From an uncultured Bacilli bacterium (GTDB taxonomy: Bacteria; Bacillota_I; Bacilli_A; Izemoplasmatales; UBA1188): a stretch of DNA of 64,000 nt. The stretch is taken from NCBI GenBank assembly GCA_905235635.1, contig CAJOMC010000012.1:59-64058 (forward strand). Direction: 5' to 3'. Shown piece by piece: positions 49,493 through 59,910 of the stretch (its first letter is position 1; each line of letters begins with the position of its first letter). A program made the position numbers and the translations under genes. A model generated the notes under the pieces. That model did no database searches. It saw only the letters and a list, made by a program, of their open reading frames with translations, and was not told where the DNA came from.

Positions 49493-50728
49493 TTACCTCT
49501 TTTTAAGAGTTTCTCCACTCTTGATTTCTTTTATATTTATTAAATCTAGGCCACCAAATATACGGACATTTTTACCTATTATAGTATTTGGGGCTATTTT
49601 TGTGCCTTTGCCTATTACTGTGATACCACTTGAAAGTAAATCAGGCTTTTCCATATTTGGAATATTATCTCCAACACCAATTTTAGACCCTTTCCCAATT
49701 ACACAGTTCTTATCAATTATTGCATTTTCAATTACCGCATCTTCTTCTATTATGGTGTCATTCATAATAACTGAGTTAGATACTTTAGCGTTTGGATGTA
49801 TTACAACACCAGGTGATATAACACATCTATTTACTCGTCCCGCAACAATACTACCATTAGAGAGTAATGCCTGGGAAATCTCTGCTTTTGAACCTATTTT
49901 AACCGCTGGCATATCTTCACTCTTTGTGTAAATCTTCCAGTTTTTATCATACATATCTAGTTCTATCTTGTCTACAGTCCTTGTGAGTTCAAGGTTAGCC
50001 TCAAGATATGAATCATATGTACCAACATCCTTCCAGTAGTCATAGAATTTATAAGTATATACACAATTTTTACCTATCATCATAGGTATTAAGTGTTTTC
50101 CAAAATCTAAATCTTCAATATCATCATTATTCTTAAGTAGATTAAGTAATAAGTCTTTATCAAAGACATAGATACCCATTGATGCGAGATTAGATTTAGG
50201 CTCTTTTGGTTTTTCGACAAACTTTTCAACAAGTGAATCACTATTTGCCTCAAGGATTCCAAAACGTGACGCTTCACTTATATCAACTACTTTTGATGCG
50301 ATAGTAAGGCGAGCATTCTTTTCTTTATGGAATTCTATCATCTTAGAGTAATCCATTTTATATACATGGTCTCCAGATAAAATTAGCACATATTTACAGG
50401 TAGATTCTTCAATCAGATGAAGATTCTTTCTTAAACTATCTGCGGTACCATTATACCAATTTGAGTGAGGTTGAAGTAGAGTTACGTGAGAGTCACGTCT
50501 ATCCATATCCCACGGTTTTCCTGAACCTACATGTTCGTTTAAGGATAGTGGTAAATATTGAGTTAAAATTAAAACATTATATATACCTGAGTTTGAACAG
50601 TTAGATAATGTAAAATCGATTATACGAAATTTACCCGCGAATGGAACTGATGGTTTAACTCTTTTTTCGCTCAAGATATCAAGCCTTGAGCCGCGTCCCC
50701 CCGCAAGAATAATAGCCAGTGTTTCCAT
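49493..50728 (-). CDS. glgC: Glucose-1-phosphate adenylyltransferase
   Basis: 411 aa. LAGGRGSRL..KPSVPFAGKFRIIDFTLSNC and left-handed beta-helix repeats at the C-terminus. Confidence 0.9.
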   Translation of the reverse strand: METLAIILAGGRGSRLDILSEKRVKPSVPFAGKFRIIDFTLSNCSNSGIYNVLILTQYLPLSLNEHVGSGKPWDMDRRDSHVTLLQPHSNWYNGTADSLRKNLHLIEESTCKYVLILSGDHVYKMDYSKMIEFHKEKNARLTIASKVVDISEASRFGILEANSDSLVEKFVEKPKEPKSNLASMGIYVFDKDLLLNLLKNNDDIEDLDFGKHLIPMMIGKNCVYTYKFYDYWKDVGTYDSYLEANLELTRTVDKIELDMYDKNWKIYTKSEDMPAVKIGSKAEISQALLSNGSIVAGRVNRCVISPGVVIHPNAKVSNSVIMNDTIIEEDAVIENAIIDKNCVIGKGSKIGVGDNIPNMEKPDLLSSGITVIGKGTKIAPNTIIGKNVRIFGGLDLINIKEIKSGETLKKR

Positions 50729-50732
50729 CTTA

Positions 50733-52169
50733 TTAACCTAATACCTTTTTATACATTTGAATGTATTTTTTCGCACTTGATTCAAAAGAATAATCAGATG
50801 CCATAGCATTTTGAACAAGGATATCCCAACAGTGTTTTTGTGAATATGTCCTAAACGCATATTTAATCACATAAAGCATATCGTGTGAGTTATAGTTAGT
50901 GAAACTAAATCCATTTCCAGTTAGCTCATATTCATTATATGCCTCAACCGAATCGTTTAATCCCCCTGTCTCTCTTACTATTGGGAGCGATCCATAGCGG
51001 AGCGCTATCATTTGACCAAGTCCACATGGTTCAAATTTAGAAGGCATCAAAAACATATCTGATGCACCATATACGAGATGAGCTAGTTTGTCAGAGTAAC
51101 CTAGGAAACATTTAACTTTATATGGATGTTTCTTTTCTAGTTCTCTAAAGAAGTTCTCATATCTTTCATCACCAGTACCAATAATGATAAATTTGAAAGC
51201 ACACTCGTATAAGAGTTCTTCAATTATTTCCATGATTAAATCAAGACCTTTTTGTTCAGTAAGTCTTGATACTATTCCAATCATTGGCACATTTGTATAG
51301 AAATCTACTCCAAGTTCTTCGTATAAAGCTTTTTTGGCTTCAAGTTTTCCTTCCTTATAGTTATTGAAGTTATATTTTAAAGGTAAAACATCATCGGTTT
51401 CAGGATTAAATATTGAATAGTCTATACCATTTATTATTCCCACAAATTTTGATTCTTTAGCTTTTTGGCGAAGATATGGACGCATCCCATATGATAAGAA
51501 TTCAGAAGTTGTGAGTTCTTTAGCGTAAGTTTTAGATACTGTATTCACAAAATCCGCTTCCGTGATTGCGGAACGCATATAATTAAGTTTACCATCATGA
51601 CCTAAAAGAGAATTATCAAACTTAATGTTAAACTTCTTTACAGTTTGACGAGGATAATCGCCTTGGTAAATGATATTATGAATAGTAAAGATGGTTTTAA
51701 TATGACCTAAAGTATCATAATATTTAGTCTTGATTAGGTGTGGTATCATTCCCACATGCCAGTCATGACAGTGAATAATATTAGGCTCAAAGTCTTTAAA
51801 ATATTTAACTGATTCAAGAACTGCCATTTGGAAGAAAACCCAGCCATCATGTTCCTCTTCACAGTTATAAACACCTTTTCTTTCAGGTCCAAAGTATTTC
51901 TCTGATTCAATCAAATAGTAATGAACATTGTTTAATACTAGTTCATATAAATTCGCATCAGTTGGTTTTGTGCCTACATAAACCTTAAATGATGCGAGGA
52001 ATGATAAATCAGTTAATAGTTCTTCTTTAATTGAAGGATACTTAGGAAGAATAACTCTCGCATCTTCTCCGAGATTATTTAATACACCTGGTAAACTACC
52101 CATAACATCTCCTAATCCTCCAACTTTGGCGAATGGGAAACATTCTACACCCACAAATAAAATGTTCAA
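50733..52169 (-). CDS. glgA: Glycogen synthase (ADP-glucose type)
   Basis: 478 aa. ECFPFAKVGGLGDV and SKFEPCGL. Confidence 0.9.
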   Translation of the reverse strand: MNILFVGVECFPFAKVGGLGDVMGSLPGVLNNLGEDARVILPKYPSIKEELLTDLSFLASFKVYVGTKPTDANLYELVLNNVHYYLIESEKYFGPERKGVYNCEEEHDGWVFFQMAVLESVKYFKDFEPNIIHCHDWHVGMIPHLIKTKYYDTLGHIKTIFTIHNIIYQGDYPRQTVKKFNIKFDNSLLGHDGKLNYMRSAITEADFVNTVSKTYAKELTTSEFLSYGMRPYLRQKAKESKFVGIINGIDYSIFNPETDDVLPLKYNFNNYKEGKLEAKKALYEELGVDFYTNVPMIGIVSRLTEQKGLDLIMEIIEELLYECAFKFIIIGTGDERYENFFRELEKKHPYKVKCFLGYSDKLAHLVYGASDMFLMPSKFEPCGLGQMIALRYGSLPIVRETGGLNDSVEAYNEYELTGNGFSFTNYNSHDMLYVIKYAFRTYSQKHCWDILVQNAMASDYSFESSAKKYIQMYKKVLG

Positions 52170-52171
52170 AC

Positions 52172-54628
52172 TTATACCTCCATTACTTTGTATTTATTTT
52201 TATTTTTATAGTAGATAATTCTTGAAACAATGAGCGGAGTCAAAAAGATAATATCACTTAGGACAAGAAGACCTAAAAACTTAAATCCTTCTACTCCGAA
52301 ATCAAAATTACCATCGGTAAATGAGAAATGACATAAATCAAAGCCAGATGTTTTAACTGTAAATATTGAAACAAAAGGCGCAAGAATAATCATGAATGCG
52401 ATAATAATGGAAATCCATTTTCTTATCTTAGAGTATGGAATTGATACCGTAACTAAACACATAAAGTAAGCATATGTGGTTATTAAAATTGAAATATTAG
52501 TCGCAACACTTTGAGATACACCAAATGATGGAGATACAAAGTGAATCAATAGTAAATTCATAAATATAATTAAGGCTATTGGAAGGGAAACACTAAGGAC
52601 ATTTTTAAAGAACTTACCTTCAATTCTTTCATGATTTGGTTCAATGGCCATAATTAAAGACGCAAGTCCTGTGATTAGTGTTTCAATTATAAATAATTGC
52701 CCTGGTTCTTTAAATGGAGATGTAAACTCAGCCGATTTATTGATAAAGAACATAGATACCGCAAAGAGATTAATTAATCCCATTAATATAGTCTTAGTTA
52801 AGAATAAAGCGGTAGCACGTTGGATATTATTTATAACTCTTCTTCCTTCATTTAAAACACCTGGAAGTGAGAGGAAATTTGAATCAAGTAGGACAAGGTG
52901 CGCTACAGTTGATACAGCTTCACTTCCCGATGCCATAGCAATTGAACAATCAGCTTCTTTTAGTGCTAAGATATCATTAACACCATCCCCCGTCATCGCA
53001 ACCTTATGGCCTTCTTCCTTTAATGTTTCAATAATAATCTTTTTTTGATTAGGTTTAACTCTACCAAAAATAGTATATGCTTTTACGGCCTTTTTTACTT
53101 CATCATCAGATAAATCCGCAAGTGAGATATATTTATCATAATTTAGAATACCTGCATCTTTTGCGATTGCGCTTACTGTCACAGGATTATCGCCAGATAT
53201 AACTTTTATATCAACACCCGATTCTCTAAATTCTTGAAGGGTATTGTTTACACCATTTCTTAAATTATCGTGAATTGAAATATATGCGATTGCTTCAAAA
53301 GTAGAATCTATTTTATTGTCTTTTATCTTGCCACTAGATTTACATAAGACAATTACACGGCTGCCAAGCGATGCAGCTCTATTAATTTCTTTCATCACGT
53401 TCATATTCTTCTTTTCTTTTAGATTTAAAAGAACTTCAGGGGCGCCAATCGCAAATGTCCCTATTTGAGAAAAAGTAACCGCAGAATATTTATTTGTTGA
53501 ATTAAAATTTAATACTTTTTGTGGTACAAAATAACCTTTTTTACCATATTTTTTTACTAAAGCCCTACTTGTGGCATTTGTATTTTTAAGACAGGCATTC
53601 ATTGAAGATAAAATCTCAATTACTGAATATTTAGGATCTAAGATTGTCGTATCAATTACTCTCATAGTCCCATCGGTTAGAGTACCTGTTTTATCAAGAC
53701 ATAAAACATCTACTCTTGCGAGTGACTCAATACAATATAATTCCTGAACCAAAGTCTTTTGAGATGCAAGCTTAAAGACCGATGTCGCAAGGGCGATTGT
53801 GGTTAAAAGAAATAAACCATATGGCATCATTGCATTTATCGCCGATGCAAGCCCTAGTATTAATTCTCTAGACATCCCAAATATAACTGGATTGCCTTCA
53901 AAAGAAGAATAGTTTCTATAAACAAAAAATAACATTATTGATAGTGGAATTAAGAGAATTGAAATAGATGTGATTATAATATTTAACACCTTCATTATCT
54001 CTGATTTAGGTTTAGAGTATGTGGTTGCCTGACTAGATAGTTTTTCAATATAGTTATCTTTTGATACATGAATTACTCTAGCGTATGCTTCACCCGATAC
54101 AACATAAGACCCACTATATAGTTCATCTCCTACTTTTTTTAAGATATCATCCGATTCACCAGTGATATTTGATTCATTAACATATATCACGCCTTTCACT
54201 ACTTTTGAATCGGCTGATATCTGTCTTTCGGCTTCAAGGAATAAGATATCGCCTAACACAATATCTCTGACTTTAACATTTTCGATATGGAGTTCTCTAA
54301 GCACTTTCACAGTAGGTTCATTAACTAAAACCAAAGAATCTACTATCTTTTTCGCTTTAATTTCTTGAATAATACCTATTGAGAGATTAATAAAAGCTAT
54401 TAAAACAAATGTATAATTAGTGATATCACCAACACTTTTTAAGGTTGGTGCCACAAGTATAGCTAAAATAACTATAATGAGGTTGAAAACAGAAAAAATA
54501 TTGTGGATAAATATTTCTTTATATGTCTTAGTTTGCCTCTTTATAGGTGTGTTAACTTTTCCTTCTTTAACCCTTTCATCAACTTCTTTAGGGGTTAAAC
54601 CGAATATTAAATCATTTTTTATAAGCAT
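52172..54628 (-). CDS. Cation-transporting P-type ATPase (specificity unknown)
   Basis: 818 aa. TGES, CLDKTGTLT and MTGDGVNDILALKEAD. The TM4 motif reads PYGL rather than PEGL. Confidence 0.9.
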   Translation of the reverse strand: MLIKNDLIFGLTPKEVDERVKEGKVNTPIKRQTKTYKEIFIHNIFSVFNLIIVILAILVAPTLKSVGDITNYTFVLIAFINLSIGIIQEIKAKKIVDSLVLVNEPTVKVLRELHIENVKVRDIVLGDILFLEAERQISADSKVVKGVIYVNESNITGESDDILKKVGDELYSGSYVVSGEAYARVIHVSKDNYIEKLSSQATTYSKPKSEIMKVLNIIITSISILLIPLSIMLFFVYRNYSSFEGNPVIFGMSRELILGLASAINAMMPYGLFLLTTIALATSVFKLASQKTLVQELYCIESLARVDVLCLDKTGTLTDGTMRVIDTTILDPKYSVIEILSSMNACLKNTNATSRALVKKYGKKGYFVPQKVLNFNSTNKYSAVTFSQIGTFAIGAPEVLLNLKEKKNMNVMKEINRAASLGSRVIVLCKSSGKIKDNKIDSTFEAIAYISIHDNLRNGVNNTLQEFRESGVDIKVISGDNPVTVSAIAKDAGILNYDKYISLADLSDDEVKKAVKAYTIFGRVKPNQKKIIIETLKEEGHKVAMTGDGVNDILALKEADCSIAMASGSEAVSTVAHLVLLDSNFLSLPGVLNEGRRVINNIQRATALFLTKTILMGLINLFAVSMFFINKSAEFTSPFKEPGQLFIIETLITGLASLIMAIEPNHERIEGKFFKNVLSVSLPIALIIFMNLLLIHFVSPSFGVSQSVATNISILITTYAYFMCLVTVSIPYSKIRKWISIIIAFMIILAPFVSIFTVKTSGFDLCHFSFTDGNFDFGVEGFKFLGLLVLSDIIFLTPLIVSRIIYYKNKNKYKVMEV

Positions 54629-54658
54629 TTGGTTTCTCTCTTAATATAATTATAACAT

Positions 54659-54687
54659 AAAATACGCTCACAATATGAGCGTATTTT
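54659..54687 (-). terminator. Rho-independent terminator ending the 59851-54718 operon
   Basis: Arms aaaatacgctca / tgagcgtatttt, followed by a T-rich tail on the minus strand. Confidence 0.7.
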
Positions 54688-54717
54688 AAGTAAGTACTAT
54701 ATATGAATTCTATATAA

Positions 54718-56349
54718 TTATTCTTCAAAGATACTGCCACCAATAAATTCTCTTATAATAGAATAGTTTGGCACTGCATCATCAGAGATAGATCTAAATA
54801 CCTTTAAAAACTTTAAAAGTTTATTTGCGAGTATATAATATGGCGAATCATTCTCAACTCCCTTAAGGGATGATACTGCATATTTCTTTAAGACAGGTAA
54901 TTCATATCCAAGCTCTGAATTAAAAATATAGTCAGCATTTTCCATAGTAGGATAAATCCATTTGTGTTCACCACGTCTTACACTTTTCCACATAGATAGA
55001 GTTTCCTCAGGAGGAGTGTTTCTAAACTGCATATCCCTCACAATCCTTCTAACTAGTCTTTGATCGGTTAAACTGATTGGATTATGGTTATCTATATTTC
55101 TTTGTGAAAGTGGCGCAATATAGATTTTAAATACTCTTTCTTTAGCGATAGATGCGGTCATTAAATCATTTAAGGCGTGAATTCCTTCTATGATTATTAC
55201 TCCATCTTTTTGAAGGGTCATTGGTTCAGAATAAGATGTTGTCTTTGTATGAAAATCAAAAATTGGGATTCTTACACGCTTACCTTGGATAAAATCTTCC
55301 ATATTTTTATTGAATTCTTTTATCTTGAGGGCTCTTATATCTTCAAAATCAAGTTGACCATTTTCATCACGTGGAACTTTATCATTGGTTAAATAATAGT
55401 TATCAAGAGATATTCTAATAGGATGAATATTTCTAGACATAAGTTCAATTTCAAGTCTTTTTGAAAAAGTAGTCTTACCACTAGATGATGGACCTGCGAT
55501 GGCGATTAATCTTATGGTATCAATATTTTCATATACCTTATCACCTATCTCTTTAAGTTGGTGAGAGATTATTGTCTCACACACACCTAAGAATTTTATT
55601 AATTCATCTTTATCATCAAATTTATCGTTAATCTGATAAATATTCTCAGATTGAGTGTTAGCGCTCCAACTATTCGCACTTGCGAGAGTTTTTAAAAACC
55701 TTGGCTCATCTTTAAATTTGGGGATTCTACCATTCTCTTCTGATCTTGGGTATTGAATAATAAAACCAGGATACATAGGGGTAAATTTAAATGAGTGAAT
55801 ATATGATGTATCTGGAACCATATAGGAATACATGTAGTTTCTATAGCCATCAGCCTCATACACATTCACTTTTTCTTTTCTATATTTTAATGTTTCAATT
55901 TTATCAGTATATCCAAGGCTAGAATAATATTCTTTCATTTCTTCAATGGTGAAGCTCTTTCTTCTTATTGGATATGCACCTTTTATAATCTTACGAACTT
56001 CTTTTGAAAGTTCTTTAATTTGATTCTCGGTGATTTCTTCACCCACGATCTTAGCGTATATAGCCATTGAAATTGAATTAGAAAATCTAATGTTTTTCTT
56101 TGGCCAGAGGCGAGACACCGCCATTGCGACTATATATCTTAGTGATGCTTCATATATTCTTACTGAATCATAGTCAGACGCATCAAGAAAAGAAACTTCT
56201 GCATTTTCAGTCTCAAGTCTATAAGATAATTCACGAATTCTATTATTAACCCTTGCGCAATAATACTTTCCGCCAATAGTTTTAGCCATCTCTTCAAGAG
56301 AGGTTTTTTCTAAAAACTCATACTCTTTATTGTTGATCAGTACTTTCAT
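54718..56349 (-). CDS. Uridine kinase/phosphoribulokinase-family nucleoside kinase with an N-terminal TGS-like extension
   Basis: 543 aa. P-loop IAIAGPSSSGKTTFSKRL in the C-terminal half. The N-terminal about 260 aa resemble a ThrRS-type TGS/second-additional domain. Confidence 0.7.
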   Translation of the reverse strand: MKVLINNKEYEFLEKTSLEEMAKTIGGKYYCARVNNRIRELSYRLETENAEVSFLDASDYDSVRIYEASLRYIVAMAVSRLWPKKNIRFSNSISMAIYAKIVGEEITENQIKELSKEVRKIIKGAYPIRRKSFTIEEMKEYYSSLGYTDKIETLKYRKEKVNVYEADGYRNYMYSYMVPDTSYIHSFKFTPMYPGFIIQYPRSEENGRIPKFKDEPRFLKTLASANSWSANTQSENIYQINDKFDDKDELIKFLGVCETIISHQLKEIGDKVYENIDTIRLIAIAGPSSSGKTTFSKRLEIELMSRNIHPIRISLDNYYLTNDKVPRDENGQLDFEDIRALKIKEFNKNMEDFIQGKRVRIPIFDFHTKTTSYSEPMTLQKDGVIIIEGIHALNDLMTASIAKERVFKIYIAPLSQRNIDNHNPISLTDQRLVRRIVRDMQFRNTPPEETLSMWKSVRRGEHKWIYPTMENADYIFNSELGYELPVLKKYAVSSLKGVENDSPYYILANKLLKFLKVFRSISDDAVPNYSIIREFIGGSIFEE

Positions 56350-57517
56350 GAGAGTTCTCCTTTAAATATTTGAGTAGATACCAATAATGAATAGCTCTTT
56401 TTCCATCTTTTAGTTTTACTCTATAGGTTCCATCTGAAGTTGGAACCTCAAAGGCTACGCCTAATGTCACAATAAATGAAATAATCTTATCTAAATCTAA
56501 ATCAAGTGATCCATCAGGACCAATAAAAGTGATCTTTTCAAGGGTCATCCTAACTTTAGTGTAATTATGCGGAATATCATTTTCAGGACCATATTCCACG
56601 ATATTACATTCATCTTCAAGGACGATATTATTCTTTATATCTTGAGCAATCAAATTATATTCTAGATTAAATAGGTCATAGAGATCTTCAAAACCATATT
56701 CATTTGGTAAGAACCTGTAGCTTGTTTTTTCAAATTCAAGATGAAAACCACATTCACATGAAAGATGGTTTTTCTCTGTATGTAGCGCTTTTTCAGTGTG
56801 ACATACAGGACAATAAACAAGGGCTTTTTCAAGGCCTTCTGCTTTTCTTCTTGAAACATATTTTTCTTCTTTATGTTCTTTAAGCCATAATAGATCATCA
56901 TCTTTCTTCATTTCATCAGATATAGTCTTTAGAATAGTATCTTTATCAGTTTTCTTAATGTCATCTGGTGAATAAAGGTGAGTGATATAGGTGTATACGT
57001 GGCCCTTTCTCATATTCTTAGCCCATTTTGGCCTTACAGCATATGCACCCCTTGAATGTATCACGTAAACATGTGGCTCATATTTTTTTATAAATTTTTC
57101 AAGGCCAGGTACCAAATTCTGAGTACGGCTATCCGCACCCATTTGGCCTTCTGGGAACATCATTATAGGCTCATTAAGACTAAGACATTCGCTCATTTGT
57201 CTAATAGAGATAAGGTCAGATTTAAACTGATCTTTCTTAATACATCCAAGAGTATCAAGAAATTTTCCAAGACGTTTATTTCTATACCAGTAAGATGTGG
57301 AAACAATGTGTACCCATTTAGGATATATGGCCATAGGGTATATTATACAATCGAAATAGTTTCTATGTGGACAAAGAAAAATAGCTCTATCATTGAGTTC
57401 AACTTTTTCTCTTCTAAATTTAACTTTGGTTTTGTACCATAGTCTAACTATATTTCCTGGCACATACCATAAGAAACGATTAGGTTTCCTTGAAAGTCTA
57501 GCCTTTTCTTTCATCAT
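56327..57517 (-). CDS. PlsC-family acyltransferase with a C-terminal zinc-ribbon-containing domain
   Basis: 396 aa. HX4D motif CPHRNYFDC, FPEGQ, and a downstream CPVCH..(13 aa)..CECG. Confidence 0.7.
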   Translation of the reverse strand: MMKEKARLSRKPNRFLWYVPGNIVRLWYKTKVKFRREKVELNDRAIFLCPHRNYFDCIIYPMAIYPKWVHIVSTSYWYRNKRLGKFLDTLGCIKKDQFKSDLISIRQMSECLSLNEPIMMFPEGQMGADSRTQNLVPGLEKFIKKYEPHVYVIHSRGAYAVRPKWAKNMRKGHVYTYITHLYSPDDIKKTDKDTILKTISDEMKKDDDLLWLKEHKEEKYVSRRKAEGLEKALVYCPVCHTEKALHTEKNHLSCECGFHLEFEKTSYRFLPNEYGFEDLYDLFNLEYNLIAQDIKNNIVLEDECNIVEYGPENDIPHNYTKVRMTLEKITFIGPDGSLDLDLDKIISFIVTLGVAFEVPTSDGTYRVKLKDGKRAIHYWYLLKYLKENSHESTDQQ

Positions 57518-59207
57518 CTACTCCTTGAAACGGATTTGATATAATATATTCCATTAGAAATATTATATTATAAAATATAAATATTTCCAACACAAAGGAG
57601 AAAAAGTCAGTATATGTCATAGTACTTAAAATACTAATTTTTGATTCTTTAAATAGGTTTAATTGTGAGGAATAAGAAAGTAGGAAATAAATTATGAAGA
57701 ATAAGAGGCAAGAAATAAAATAAGATAATTTATTTAAATATATAATTCTTGAAAGCGAGTTTTGGTATACAGGCAAACTTTTAAATATCTTTAAGTTCTC
57801 CATCTCTGATTCTTTAACCGTATAATTCATAAATACATTTAAAGTTACAAATACTCCAATCATTATAATAAGAGCAATCGTTGAGACGATTAGGTATGAT
57901 GAGGGTCCTGAGAAAAAGTTATTATAGTCTAGTTGTTTTGACACAATTCTCACATCATAATTTCTTCCTATTTCCCTTGTTTGATCACTTAAATAATTAG
58001 TATTTACAAGTATCTTAAAGTAAACATTTTTTTCACCAAATGTGTTAAGTGGTACAAATGAAATATAGGTCGGGGTTGATCTAAAGATTGCGGAAATTGT
58101 TAGATTATATACATCATCATCATTTTTAACATCTACCTTATCTCCTACTTTAAGAGAATGTTTAATCGCATATTCTTCATTAATTGCGATTACATCGCTT
58201 GATGAAGAATTTAGATTTCCATCTACAATAGAAATATTTGTAAAATCAGAAAGTAGGCTAAAATCAGTTTCATATATATAGATTGTATCATCTAAAATAT
58301 ATACCTTATGCTCCTCACTAATTGGCATTAACTTTATGGCTTCTTCGTTCTTTAACTCCTCGTATTTTGAAGTGTATAATCTATTTATAGCGTATTCATA
58401 TCTGAAAAATTGATTAGAAACCTTATATGTGTTAACCTGTCCCCCATAACTTTTAACACCTAGGAATAATACTATAAAAGCCACAACATATAATACAGCC
58501 ATCCTTCTTCTTATGAAAAAGTTACTGAATAGGTTAGCTGAAGATGATTTAGATCTTAGTTTAGAAAGTAGTTGATAGAACTTTAATATGATATAAGGTG
58601 ACACCAAAATAGAGGAAGTTATAAATAATATCACAAATGCAGTACCTTTACTTATGAAGGCAAAGGAAAAGAGAGAAACTAGCGATATTACATAAGGAAG
58701 ATAGTTATATTTTTGAATTAAAATACTGGCTTCTTTATAGTATATAGGTATCATTGATAAAAGGGGAATGGATGCTAAATGAACAAAGAGATATAGAATT
58801 ATCTTCATAAATCTTAAACTTACTAAAGAGTTAAACACATACTTATCAATAATAAGAATAGAAACAGATATGATTAAACCAAATATTAAAGAAATTAGAT
58901 AATAAATAAAATCTCCAAATAACACAGTTTTAAATAAATGGTTGCCTGAATTTGTTATATTATTATATGCCTCTTTTTCTTTCTTTGAATTAAATCTAAT
59001 AAATAAATTAATAAAGAATAATAAAGAAAATAATAAAATAGAAATGATAACTAAATTATTTTTATTTAAATAAGCTTTTGGACTATCAAGCAGTAGTTCA
59101 TTAAAATTAAACATAAGAAAAGATAGCACATTCATAAATGTGAAGATTATTATATGAGATATTGATTTTCTTCCCTTATTAAAGGCATAGAAATAAAGAT
59201 TTTTCAT
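57498..59207 (-). CDS. FtsX/MacB-like ABC permease, large polytopic
   Basis: 569 aa. An N-terminal TM bundle, an extracytoplasmic domain (..DVIAINEEYAIKHSLKVGDKVDV..), and a C-terminal four-TM FtsX-like block. Confidence 0.55.
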   Translation of the reverse strand: MKNLYFYAFNKGRKSISHIIIFTFMNVLSFLMFNFNELLLDSPKAYLNKNNLVIISILLFSLLFFINLFIRFNSKKEKEAYNNITNSGNHLFKTVLFGDFIYYLISLIFGLIISVSILIIDKYVFNSLVSLRFMKIILYLFVHLASIPLLSMIPIYYKEASILIQKYNYLPYVISLVSLFSFAFISKGTAFVILFITSSILVSPYIILKFYQLLSKLRSKSSSANLFSNFFIRRRMAVLYVVAFIVLFLGVKSYGGQVNTYKVSNQFFRYEYAINRLYTSKYEELKNEEAIKLMPISEEHKVYILDDTIYIYETDFSLLSDFTNISIVDGNLNSSSSDVIAINEEYAIKHSLKVGDKVDVKNDDDVYNLTISAIFRSTPTYISFVPLNTFGEKNVYFKILVNTNYLSDQTREIGRNYDVRIVSKQLDYNNFFSGPSSYLIVSTIALIIMIGVFVTLNVFMNYTVKESEMENLKIFKSLPVYQNSLSRIIYLNKLSYFISCLLFFIIYFLLSYSSQLNLFKESKISILSTMTYTDFFSFVLEIFIFYNIIFLMEYIISNPFQGVDDERKG

Positions 59208-59851
59208 TCACTAAACTCCACGAAACTATTTGATTCAAAATAGATTCTTCTTGACGCTATCCTTGAAAAATCAAAATTATTAGTGAATATGATAAAGGTT
59301 ATATGATAGATATTATTAATAGATGTGATAAATGATGAAAGTATGGCGAGATCTTCTTTAGACAATGACTTGTCTACATTATTTAAAAAGATCACAAAAG
59401 GTTTTGACATTAACGCTCTAATTATTTCCACTTTAATTCTATCTAATTTGTTTAAATTAGACACATTAGTTTGCGGTAAATCATAGTTTAAACTAGTTAA
59501 TATTTCGTCAAAATATGAATAATCAATAACTTTCCTATTCACATATTCAGGAGCTAATATATTGTCTCTTATAGATAAAAAACTAAATAGAGTGTTTATA
59601 TCTGAAACCACCTTTACGTCAGACACCATAAGTTCTGTAATGTCAGTCTTCTGAAATAAGGAATAATCAAAGTTATTATAGAATAGAGTGTCAGGCTTAA
59701 CTTTTCTCTTAAAGGTAAGAAAATCAAAAAGCAGATCTTTTTCGTAACTCTCACCACAAATTGAGGCAATCTCACCCATGGTAATAGAAAAAGATACATC
59801 TACTTGTATATTATCAAAAACATTAAGTTCTCGTGCTTTGATTATTTCCAT
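59204..59851 (-). CDS. ABC ATPase-like protein with degenerate catalytic motifs
   Basis: 215 aa with the ABC fold order retained. Walker A reads GEIASICGESYEKDL, the signature position reads LNKLD, Walker B reads FVIFLNNVD and the H-loop reads FTNN. Overlaps the permease start by 4 nt. Confidence 0.5.
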   Translation of the reverse strand: MEIIKARELNVFDNIQVDVSFSITMGEIASICGESYEKDLLFDFLTFKRKVKPDTLFYNNFDYSLFQKTDITELMVSDVKVVSDINTLFSFLSIRDNILAPEYVNRKVIDYSYFDEILTSLNYDLPQTNVSNLNKLDRIKVEIIRALMSKPFVIFLNNVDKSLSKEDLAILSSFITSINNIYHITFIIFTNNFDFSRIASRRIYFESNSFVEFSE

Positions 59852-59910
59852 TTTTTACTTCACTATATTATAATTATAACATCATAGTAATATATTACTA
59901 TAACTTTAAG

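Noticed and set aside
49440-49931. 163-aa plus-strand ORF, and similar ORFs at 1159-1422, 1419-1688, 8037-8351, 12914-13183, 21177-21587, 36369-36818, 40572-40844, 52644-53048, 57056-57442, 63135-63317 and 63663-63959
   Set aside because: All are antisense shadows of well-supported genes. They have low-complexity Ser/Leu/Phe/Ile-rich translations, no RBS and no recognisable motifs.
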